Positions 1 through 7,318 of a DNA stretch of 17,164 bases are shown here, in pieces. The position numbers and the translations under genes were made by a program. How positions within the stretch are numbered: position 1 is the stretch's first letter; every line of letters starts with the position of its first letter. The notes under the pieces are model-generated. The model saw only the letters and a list, made by a program, of their open reading frames with translations, was not told where the DNA came from and ran no database searches. Origin of the DNA: Candidatus Altiarchaeales archaeon IMC4 (GTDB taxonomy: Archaea; Altiarchaeota; Altiarchaeia; IMC4); the NCBI GenBank assembly GCA_001742785.1, contig MCBF01000001.1, positions 109,960 through 127,123 of the forward strand. Direction: 5' to 3'.

Positions 1-2
1 TT

Positions 3-236
3 ATAGGTTTCGTTTTACCTTGCGCCCCGGGGGTATGGATTACAAATCTGGTTATTGGTCCACAGGGCTCCCCTGAAAACGACGCATACTTCCCGATACT
101 CGGAGGGACCTTCATGATTGCGTGGAATCTTTTCCTGCAGACCAAAAACATAAAAATAAAACTGTTTTTCGTACCTGCGTGGATATGGGGTGCAGCATTT
201 ATAGTAATGGGCATATCGAGAGTTGTTGGACTGTAG
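3..236 (+). CDS. Hypothetical membrane protein, 3' part only (gene runs off the left edge)
   Basis: My translation of the open frame from 3 to TAG 234-236 is IGFVLPCAPGVWITNLVIGPQGSPENDAYFPILGGTFMIAWNLFLQTKNIKIKLFFVPAWIWGAAFIVMGISRVVGL*. It has several hydrophobic segments and no recognised family motif. Confidence 0.6.
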   Translation: MGFVLPCAPGVWITNLVIGPQGSPENDAYFPILGGTFMIAWNLFLQTKNIKIKLFFVPAWIWGAAFIVMGISRVVGL

Positions 237-276
237 GTATTCCCATTGGTTCTTGATAGCAAACAGATAACCAAAA

Positions 277-507
277 ATGGCGCATTATAACGACTACAGG
301 AATCCAATCATGTGGGGGATCAATACGGTTTCGTTCGTGTTTGGTATCGCAGGGTATGTTATCGCAGGTAGCAGCGGTGACCAGAACATTGCAGGTTCAG
401 CAGGAATCATAGCACTGACCACGATAGTAGTATCATGGATCGTTATGTGGGAACTCTACGAGCGGACAGACAGATTTAAGAAGCGGTACGAGAAAAATCA
501 ATCGTAG
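277..507 (+). CDS. Small hypothetical protein with two predicted TM helices
   Basis: 76-aa ATG ORF with two hydrophobic stretches (INTVSFVFGIAGYVIAG; IAGSAGIIALTTIVVSWIVMW) and a charged C-terminal tail. It fills an otherwise empty gap. Confidence 0.65.
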   Translation: MAHYNDYRNPIMWGINTVSFVFGIAGYVIAGSSGDQNIAGSAGIIALTTIVVSWIVMWELYERTDRFKKRYEKNQS

Positions 508-586
508 ATTGATTTTTGTATCGAGTATATTTGTTGTACTTACCACTACAAGAAAGCACACAGCAGATATAATGCCCTTTAGCATC

Positions 587-2482
587 CTACTTACTCCTCA
601 TTAACCGCAAACTGCGCTTCTTTTTCATTATGCGCGCCGGTTTACGGTGCACACCCCTCTTTTCAAGCGGGGTCCTTTTAGGCAGTTGCTCATGGCCATC
701 GAGTTCCGTTATTGAAATCGTATGGATCATGCCGCGTTTCTCTGCAGCAATCCTCTCTTCCAGCGCCTGTACAGAGCGCATGTGCTGCACCTTTATCTCC
801 TCAAACTCCTGCGGCTTCTCGATAACGGTGCCCACGATTGACGCAGTCCTCTCGCCGCTCAGTATCTTCGGGAGAACGACATAATCAGCGCCTTCATTGT
901 AAAGATCCACGGCATAATCCACATTCGAGGTCGTCATTATGAGAACCGATTTCGGATTTGTTGATTTTATCCTGGTCACCATGTAAAGGTTGCTGCCGTA
1001 TTCATATTCTTCTATGGTCGATACGATTATGTCTGCGGACTTATAGCCCGCTTTCTCAAGGACCTCGGTGTCGTTTACATCGCCGTAAATAGCAGGTATT
1101 TTCCTCTCCGCAAGGGAGGCAACGACATCAGGATTGTAGTCAATGATGACAAAGTCCTTACCCTCCCTCTGAAGCCTGCGGACGATACCCATTCCGACCC
1201 TGCCCCCGCCGCACACTATTGTATGTTTTGACATGGCAGTGGGCCGTTCCTCATCAAGTTTTTTCATCCTCGGCGAGATTTGCTCGAATATCGTCAGCCA
1301 CCTTGACATTAGCTTGTAGATCTCATTTTCAAAACGGATCATATATGGGGACGCCGTCAGGGTTATCGCAGTGAAGATAGTTATCAGCGAAAACACCTCG
1401 GGAGAGATGTGCGGGGGGTCGAATGAATAATACCCCGCAAAAGCGATTATCAGCGAAAATTCGCTGACCTGCGTCAACCCCACCGCCGTAAAGAACGAAA
1501 CCTTTTTCCCGTAGCCCCAGAAGGAACTTAATACGAAACTGATGACCGGCTTCAAAAACAATGCCAGAAACGCAAAGATAGCTGCAGGCAAAATTACCGA
1601 GGTAACGAAGTGTATCTGCATCCCAAGAGAAACAAAGAATATTGTCGCAAAGAAGTCCCTCAGCGACCGCACCTTGTGGCTTATCTCAAGGTTGAACGGG
1701 AACGAAGCGATCGATACCCCGGCAACAAACGCCCCTATTGCCGGCGAGTACCCGATGCTCTCGGAAAGCCCTATGAACAAAAAGCATATCGAAAGTGCTA
1801 CAATGAAAAGCAGCTCCCTTGATTTTTCGGCATAATGCAGTACCGGCGGGAATATAAACCTGCTGGCGACTATTGCAATCGAAAACAAACCGAAGCCCTT
1901 TATGAAGGAACTGGCAATGTTCGGTATGGTTATCCCGCCGGTCGTGCCTAAGAGCGACAGGACGAATACGGCGATTATGTCCTCGACCAAAAGGATACCG
2001 AGGAGAATCCGGCCGTGCAGCGTATCCAGCTCGTTTTTGTCGGACAACAATTTAATAATCAGCATGGTACTTGAGAACATCAGGGCAACGCCGATGTAGA
2101 CTGCGTCCATTTGGTTGAATCCCGGCATTAGCGCCCTTACGAGGATATATCCGACAAAAAACAGGATTACGCTCTGCACAAAAGCCGCAATTACCGGGAA
2201 GTTACCTACTTTGCGCAGGCGGTTAATGTCAAGTTCAATGCCGACCACGAACAGCGAGAATGCGATACCAAGCTCTGCCACGTCCTTCAGAACGTCCTGG
2301 TCCGTGATGCACCCTAACATCGGGCCGATTACGAAGCCTGCGATTATGTACATCGGGATCAGCGGGTGTTTAAAGCGGTGCGGAACGGCCGCAAACAGGG
2401 TCGCCACGATTATTACAAAACCGATTTTATCGATCAGCGTGAAATCCTGCGTAAGAGTGGAGCAAAAAGTGGAATATTCCAT
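587..2482 (-). CDS. CPA2-family (Kef-type) cation:proton antiporter with C-terminal RCK/TrkA-N domain
   Basis: Many TM helices with CPA2 motifs (AELGIAFSLFVVGIEL, FSSTMLIIKLL, ILLVEDI, GAFVAG, FFVSLG, QVSEFS), followed by a Rossmann-type RCK domain (IVCGGGRVG, IIDYNP, IYGD, GADYVV). Confidence 0.93.
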   Translation of the reverse strand: MEYSTFCSTLTQDFTLIDKIGFVIIVATLFAAVPHRFKHPLIPMYIIAGFVIGPMLGCITDQDVLKDVAELGIAFSLFVVGIELDINRLRKVGNFPVIAAFVQSVILFFVGYILVRALMPGFNQMDAVYIGVALMFSSTMLIIKLLSDKNELDTLHGRILLGILLVEDIIAVFVLSLLGTTGGITIPNIASSFIKGFGLFSIAIVASRFIFPPVLHYAEKSRELLFIVALSICFLFIGLSESIGYSPAIGAFVAGVSIASFPFNLEISHKVRSLRDFFATIFFVSLGMQIHFVTSVILPAAIFAFLALFLKPVISFVLSSFWGYGKKVSFFTAVGLTQVSEFSLIIAFAGYYSFDPPHISPEVFSLITIFTAITLTASPYMIRFENEIYKLMSRWLTIFEQISPRMKKLDEERPTAMSKHTIVCGGGRVGMGIVRRLQREGKDFVIIDYNPDVVASLAERKIPAIYGDVNDTEVLEKAGYKSADIIVSTIEEYEYGSNLYMVTRIKSTNPKSVLIMTTSNVDYAVDLYNEGADYVVLPKILSGERTASIVGTVIEKPQEFEEIKVQHMRSVQALEERIAAEKRGMIHTISITELDGHEQLPKRTPLEKRGVHRKPARIMKKKRSLRLMRSK

Positions 2483-2488
2483 CTTAGA

Positions 2489-3148
2489 TTATTCGCGGCG
2501 AGAATTAAAAAACCTGCAAGAGGAATCAAGGGGGCAGCCAACGCACCTTGGATCGGGCATGCAAAAGTTTTTGCCAAGTGATACGATGAGCGCGTGGAAC
2601 TCGTTGTAGAGTTCGACGTCTTTAGGAATATGTTTTTCCACTAACTGCTTCAACTCATCATATCCGATATTTTTCTCGACCAAACCCTGCCTCTCAAAAA
2701 TCCTTTTCGTGTAGGCATCAACCACGAAGGATGGCTTTTGTGCCGCGTACAGGATTATCGAGTCTGCGGTTTCGGGCCCGATGCCCCAGATGCCAAGAAG
2801 TTCGCTTCGCAGTTTTTCCGTTGGAATGGAGAGGAACAGGTCGAGGTTTCCGTCGTAGTTTTTGTCCACGAAACCAACGAACTCCTTGAGTTTGCGCGCC
2901 TTCGCGTTGAAGTAGCCAGCTGGTTTTATGAGTCGTTTAAGCTCCTCATCGTCAATCCGCAAAATTCCGTCGAAATCAAGAACGCCCCTCTTTTTCAGGT
3001 TATCGATCGCGATTTCGACGTTCCTCCATGCGGCAGACTGCGTAAGTATCGCGCCGACTACCACCTCAAAAGGCGTGTCGGCCGGCCACCAGTGCTGTCT
3101 GCCGAAATGCTCCAAAAGAAGGTAATGGATTTTTAGAAGGCGAGACAT
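2489..3148 (-). CDS. Endonuclease III-related HhH-GPD DNA glycosylase (COG2231-like) with C-terminal 4-Cys Fe-S motif
   Basis: WWPADTPFEVVVGAILTQ, HhH motif LLGIWGIGPETADSI, catalytic Asp in VVDAYTKR, EFHALIV, and CMPDPRCVGCPLDSSC. Confidence 0.92.
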   Translation of the reverse strand: MSRLLKIHYLLLEHFGRQHWWPADTPFEVVVGAILTQSAAWRNVEIAIDNLKKRGVLDFDGILRIDDEELKRLIKPAGYFNAKARKLKEFVGFVDKNYDGNLDLFLSIPTEKLRSELLGIWGIGPETADSIILYAAQKPSFVVDAYTKRIFERQGLVEKNIGYDELKQLVEKHIPKDVELYNEFHALIVSLGKNFCMPDPRCVGCPLDSSCRFFNSRRE

Positions 3149-3165
3149 AAGTGATTACTGGTAAT

Positions 3166-4113
3166 ATGAACAAAATAATACTCGAACTTTCCAGGGAGCA
3201 TGAGGCGCTGCCGAAGGCGGAACTTGCTGCGGTTTTGGAGGTCGAAGGCGGCAGGGTTACCTGCGAGTTCTCAAACATCGCAATCGTTGAATCCGAAAAC
3301 CACAATTTTGTGAATCGTCTGGCATTCACAAAATCCGCCGCGCTTTTTGTCGCGAAATCCGGAGACATCTCCGATATCGGCAAAGAGGTTTCCAAGCACA
3401 TAAACGGAACGTTCGCAGTCAGGACAAGGCTGAAGAAATCGGAGACTATTGAAAAAGAACTTGGGGCCGAAATCGCGAAATACGGGCACAAGGTAAACCT
3501 GAAAAACCCAGACACCAAGGTCGTATGCTTCAAAAACGAGGGCAAGTACGTGGCAGGCATTGACATTCACCTGCCGCACGATTTTGAGGCTAGGAGGCCG
3601 AAGTTCCGCCCGTTCTTTCACCCGACCTCGATGCACCCGAAGCTTGCCCGATGCCTTGTCAATCTTGCGAGGGTGAAAAAGGGAGACACCGTCCTTGACC
3701 CCTTCTGCGGCACCGGCGGGATCTTGATAGAGGCGGGACTCATGGGGATGAAACCCATTGGCATAGAAATAAACAAGGAATGCGCACAGGGGTGCAGGAG
3801 GAACATGGAGCACTATGGGCTGACCGGCGAGATAATCTGTAAGGATGCCCTTGAGGCTAAAATAACGGCCGACGCTGTTGTTACTGACCTGCCATACGGA
3901 AGGTCATCATTTATGTCCAGCACAGGACTACAGCGAGACTTCCTTCTGGCTGCCCATAGATTCGTCAGGGAGGGGGGCTATATAGTAGTAGTTCTGCCAA
4001 AAGGGAAAAACATAAAACCTAAGAAGACGGAGATAGTAAACCACTATGATGTCAGGGTTCACAAGAGCCTTACGCGAAGGGTATGGGTTTTTCGCAAGGT
4101 TAGTCAATCTTGA
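3166..4113 (+). CDS. trmG10: tRNA (guanine(10)-N2)-methyltransferase, Trm11/TrmG10 family (THUMP-like plus SAM-dependent MTase domain)
   Basis: ELSREHEALPKAEL N-terminus, RPFFHPTSMHPKLARCLVNLA, SAM motif I LDPFCGTGGILIEA, motif IV TDLPYGRS, C-terminal VHKSLTR. ATG 3166 is preferred over GTG 3151. Confidence 0.9.
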   Translation: MNKIILELSREHEALPKAELAAVLEVEGGRVTCEFSNIAIVESENHNFVNRLAFTKSAALFVAKSGDISDIGKEVSKHINGTFAVRTRLKKSETIEKELGAEIAKYGHKVNLKNPDTKVVCFKNEGKYVAGIDIHLPHDFEARRPKFRPFFHPTSMHPKLARCLVNLARVKKGDTVLDPFCGTGGILIEAGLMGMKPIGIEINKECAQGCRRNMEHYGLTGEIICKDALEAKITADAVVTDLPYGRSSFMSSTGLQRDFLLAAHRFVREGGYIVVVLPKGKNIKPKKTEIVNHYDVRVHKSLTRRVWVFRKVSQS

Positions 4114-5497
4114 GAATCTTGTTCATAACACCCTTATGTATTATGGTTCTGATAAAGATCACCGAGAAGATTATGCTTAGGAGTATTGCAGATATAATAA
4201 GAGCAAATTGTGTATTCTCTGAGAACTGGTGGAAATCAGGGTATGCCTCCAGTATGATCACAAAAACCTCTGAGAAGAGTACAACATTAAGCATGAATAG
4301 TACAAAGTCCATGAGATGCATGGACTCCAAAACGTGCTCTATCTTTTCTTCCACGCTTATAGACTTCCGTATAGCTGAGAGGGTTTCAGTAGTCGTTGCA
4401 TTAAGTATGGTCTTTTCAAGGGCATCAACTCCGGTGATAAGGCGGTGCATCTTGAAGTTCACGTCATCGTTCCTTCTTCTGGTGACCCGTACTATGTGCG
4501 ATATTATACCAGATCCTGTTATACGTTCTTCTCCGATGTGCTCTAACCTTTCCAGTATCTCCTCGTTGTGCTTTACTACAAGAGAGACCCCTTCGCTTTC
4601 CTTCAAAAGCCCATCTTTCAATTCAAGGCAGTTCATGAACTCATCCCTGAGCCCTTCTAGGTCACCGTCCTTCTTTATTATTTCTTCTATTGCCTGGTAA
4701 ACCCTTCTATTACCTTCTATCACACGCGGCTCTATTTTTATCAGGTATTCGTCCTCCTCACGGAGTATGTCGTTGGACAGCAGAAGCCCTGTTAAATCAT
4801 GGATTATGTCGAGTCTTCCATTTTCTTCCACACATTCTGCGGGGCTATCGTGAAGGAAAACAAACCAGTAGTTTATAGGGGCTTTATACGCTGTTGCGAA
4901 AAATATGTAGCCTCCGTCCAGCCTGGACAGGGAGGTGTACTCTACGGGCAGGTTAAGGTCTATGGAGCCTATCCTACTGTCGGAATAGTTCTTGTATACA
5001 TTAAGCAGGACCACACGGGTCGTCAGATAAGGATAAAGTTTACCGATAACATATCTCTTTGTTATTTCGCCGATAGTTTTCATCTCGCTGCTTTCGTCCT
5101 CGCTTGACAGGTGATCCATGATTATCCTTAAGAAGTGGATCATCTGCCCGATCTCACCATCCCCAAGAGGGATGTCTAAGTCAATCTCCCAGTGGAACGA
5201 GCGATATATCCATATATTTGCAGTTTTTATCCTGTCTGAAGAAGTGAATTGTTTTAAATCGAATGTTATTTTTCCAATTGTCTGAGTTTCAAGATTTTTG
5301 CGGTAATTCGCGTTTGCATTTTTGACCAATTTTTTTATGTCGGTACCCTTCACACCGTGCCACTCGCATACCAACCTGTCGTCTACTTTAAGTTCTGCAA
5401 GTGATTCCAGGTGCTCTATCATTAGTTCCGGTGGCAGATACCTGAAGGCAAAGTGCCACCTGCACCATACGTTCATGACCTTGATATTTTCCGGCAT
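4100..5497 (-). CDS. Hypothetical membrane protein: large soluble domain, long helical/coiled region and two C-terminal TM helices (CorA-like topology)
   Basis: 465-aa ORF with TM segments LMDFVLFMLNVVLFSEVFVIIL and FALIISAILLSIIFSVIFI. No GMN motif. Its 3' end overlaps the trmG10 3' end by 14 nt. Confidence 0.75.
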   Translation of the reverse strand: MPENIKVMNVWCRWHFAFRYLPPELMIEHLESLAELKVDDRLVCEWHGVKGTDIKKLVKNANANYRKNLETQTIGKITFDLKQFTSSDRIKTANIWIYRSFHWEIDLDIPLGDGEIGQMIHFLRIIMDHLSSEDESSEMKTIGEITKRYVIGKLYPYLTTRVVLLNVYKNYSDSRIGSIDLNLPVEYTSLSRLDGGYIFFATAYKAPINYWFVFLHDSPAECVEENGRLDIIHDLTGLLLSNDILREEDEYLIKIEPRVIEGNRRVYQAIEEIIKKDGDLEGLRDEFMNCLELKDGLLKESEGVSLVVKHNEEILERLEHIGEERITGSGIISHIVRVTRRRNDDVNFKMHRLITGVDALEKTILNATTTETLSAIRKSISVEEKIEHVLESMHLMDFVLFMLNVVLFSEVFVIILEAYPDFHQFSENTQFALIISAILLSIIFSVIFIRTIIHKGVMNKILKID

Positions 5498-5523
5498 TTT
5501 GTTCTAATACTATGGTAGTACTC

Positions 5524-5997
5524 CTATATATTCCTGCGCGATACCAATCCTCCGCAGACCCCGCAGCTTCTTATCGCATTCGGGTATTTCTTCCCGCAGC
5601 CGCGGCACAGCCATACCCACTGGATATCCTTCGTTATCCCCTCCTTGGCAACCGAGACAAACGGGACATTCAGTTTCTTGGCAACATTCTGGATGGCGTA
5701 GTCATCAGTCAGCAACATCGCTTTTTTTTCGAGCGCAAGTGCCAAAAGCCTGATATCGGTCATGGACAGCGATTCTATGTCGCCGGTGTCTTTTGCTGCT
5801 TTGGCAACCGAGGAGGTATATTTTTCCGTTGGGTCTGAGATTGACAAAAAACCCATTCTGAGCGCCGAGTTAAGCACGGACTTTGCGTTGTCGCTTATTA
5901 TCTCGCCGAACGCATCGTTTGTCATCAGGTAGCCTCCGTCTGAAAAATCAATGCTCGAGTGCAGTACCGCCGAGGAGTCTATGACCTTTTTTTGCAT
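5524..5997 (-). CDS. nob1: Nob1 endoribonuclease (PIN domain plus Zn ribbon; SSU rRNA maturation)
   Basis: PIN motifs VIDSSA, LSMTDIRLLALA and LLTDDYAIQNVA, followed by Zn ribbon CRGC...CGVCG. Confidence 0.92.
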   Translation of the reverse strand: MQKKVIDSSAVLHSSIDFSDGGYLMTNDAFGEIISDNAKSVLNSALRMGFLSISDPTEKYTSSVAKAAKDTGDIESLSMTDIRLLALALEKKAMLLTDDYAIQNVAKKLNVPFVSVAKEGITKDIQWVWLCRGCGKKYPNAIRSCGVCGGLVSRRNI

Positions 5998-6027
5998 CGT
6001 ATTACTATTCTTTTAATGGACTGAAAA

Positions 6028-6789
6028 ATGCAAAATTACACGCTTGTAGATGCGCACTGCCACATAGATTTTCCGCAGTTCGACAAGGACAGGAACGAGG
6101 TAATCGAAAGAGCGCAAAAAGAAGGCGTGGCCGTCGTGCTGTCATCCCTCAACCCTCAGGATTTCGAGAAGTGCCTCGCGATTTGCGAAAAACACGACAA
6201 CGTCTTTCTGACAGTCGGTATTTCCCCGACAGAGGAAGATGCCCACAAAATAGACGAAACCATCGAACTCATAAAAAAATACGGCGATAAAATAGCAGGC
6301 ATCGGAGAGGTCGGGCTGGATTACTATTGGGTCGGGGAGAAGGAAAAGCACGAAGCACAGAAGAAAAACTTTGCGCGTTTTATCGAACTCTCAAAGGAAC
6401 TCGACCTTCCGCTTGTTGTCCACTCCCGCAACTGCGAAGCCGACTGCATAGAAATCCTGAAAAGGCAAGGCAAACCCGCGATGCTCCACTCGTTCAGCGG
6501 AAGCGTCGAGCAGGCAATCGAGGCGGTTTCATTCGGCTGTATAATCTCCATCCCCACAAACATCGCCTACTCAAAAAATAAGCAGAAAATTGCAAAGGAG
6601 ATACCACTTGAATCGATTGTCCTTGAGACCGATGCGCCGTACCTTTCGCCGGTTCCCAAAACAAGGAACGAGCCTACAAACGTCAGGGTGAGCGCCGGCA
6701 AGATTGGTTTATTGAGGGGTATTGACACCTCGATTGTGGAAAAAACTACGACAAGGAATGCAGCAGGGTTTTTCAGAATCAATTTTTAA
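6028..6789 (+). CDS. tatD: TatD-family metal-dependent DNase/hydrolase
   Basis: VDAHCH, IGEVGLDY, VVHSR, LHSFSG, LETDAPYL and RNEP motifs. Confidence 0.95.
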   Translation: MQNYTLVDAHCHIDFPQFDKDRNEVIERAQKEGVAVVLSSLNPQDFEKCLAICEKHDNVFLTVGISPTEEDAHKIDETIELIKKYGDKIAGIGEVGLDYYWVGEKEKHEAQKKNFARFIELSKELDLPLVVHSRNCEADCIEILKRQGKPAMLHSFSGSVEQAIEAVSFGCIISIPTNIAYSKNKQKIAKEIPLESIVLETDAPYLSPVPKTRNEPTNVRVSAGKIGLLRGIDTSIVEKTTTRNAAGFFRINF

Positions 6790-6812
6790 CACACAACACC
6801 AAATACTAAACA

Positions 6813-7226
6813 ATGGAACAGGGTTACAACGAGCTTCTTGACAGGGCATGGGGCAGCCTGCCGGATAACCTGAAGGAGCACTCAAGATTCGAGATACCAA
6901 AAGCCGATACGTTCATAGAGGGCAACCAGACAACCATACGGAATTTTAACGAAATCGCAAACGCCCTCGGCAGGGACCCCAAATACCTGATGACGTACCT
7001 CTTCAAGGAACTTGCCGCCCCCGGGGTTTACGACGGCAACCGCGTGGTTATCCAGCGAGTCCTTAAGCAGGGGGTCATCGAGCAGAAGATAAATGCGTAC
7101 GCACTGGAGTACGTCATCTGCCACGAGTGCCAGCGGCCGGATACCGAGATAGCGGAACTTGCCGGGCAGAAGATAATCAAGTGCCAGGCATGCGGGGCGT
7201 GGAAGCCGATGAGGCGCATTAAGTAA
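6813..7226 (+). CDS. eif2b: Translation initiation factor 2 subunit beta (aIF2-beta)
   Basis: YNELLDRA, RFEIP, EGNQTTIRNF, KELAAPG, and Zn ribbon YVICHECQRPDT...CQACGA. Confidence 0.97.
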   Translation: MEQGYNELLDRAWGSLPDNLKEHSRFEIPKADTFIEGNQTTIRNFNEIANALGRDPKYLMTYLFKELAAPGVYDGNRVVIQRVLKQGVIEQKINAYALEYVICHECQRPDTEIAELAGQKIIKCQACGAWKPMRRIK

Positions 7227-7230
7227 ATGC

Positions 7231-7281
7231 ATCCGCGAAATTGCCCTGCAATTTCGGGACACCGAATCACGTAGTGATTCG
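7231..7281. repeat. Double-hairpin element, copy 1: ATCCG-stem-GGACAC-stem
   Basis: ATCCG 7231-7235; perfect 9-bp stem CGAAATTGC/GCAATTTCG (7236-7256, loop CCT); GGACAC 7257-7262; perfect 8-bp stem CGAATCAC/GTGATTCG (7263-7281, loop GTA). Confidence 0.8.
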
Positions 7282-7283
7282 CA

Positions 7284-7318
7284 TGAAGTGCAAAATTAAA
7301 AATGCAAAGTGCAAAATT
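7284..7318 (+). repeat. Degenerate heptamer tandem array A
   Basis: TGAAGTG-CAAAATT-AAAAATG-CAAAGTG-CAAAATT. It contains the ATG (7302) of the downstream lipoprotein gene. Confidence 0.75.

Noticed and set aside
508..586. Weak dyad (TTGTA...TACAA) in the convergent intergenic gap
   Set aside because: The arms are only 5 bp, which is expected by chance.
7231..7318. tRNA, CRISPR repeat or hammerhead ribozyme interpretation of the hairpins and repeats
   Set aside because: There is no cloverleaf or T-loop consensus, no regularly spaced identical repeats with spacers, and no CUGANGA/GAAA hammerhead core.
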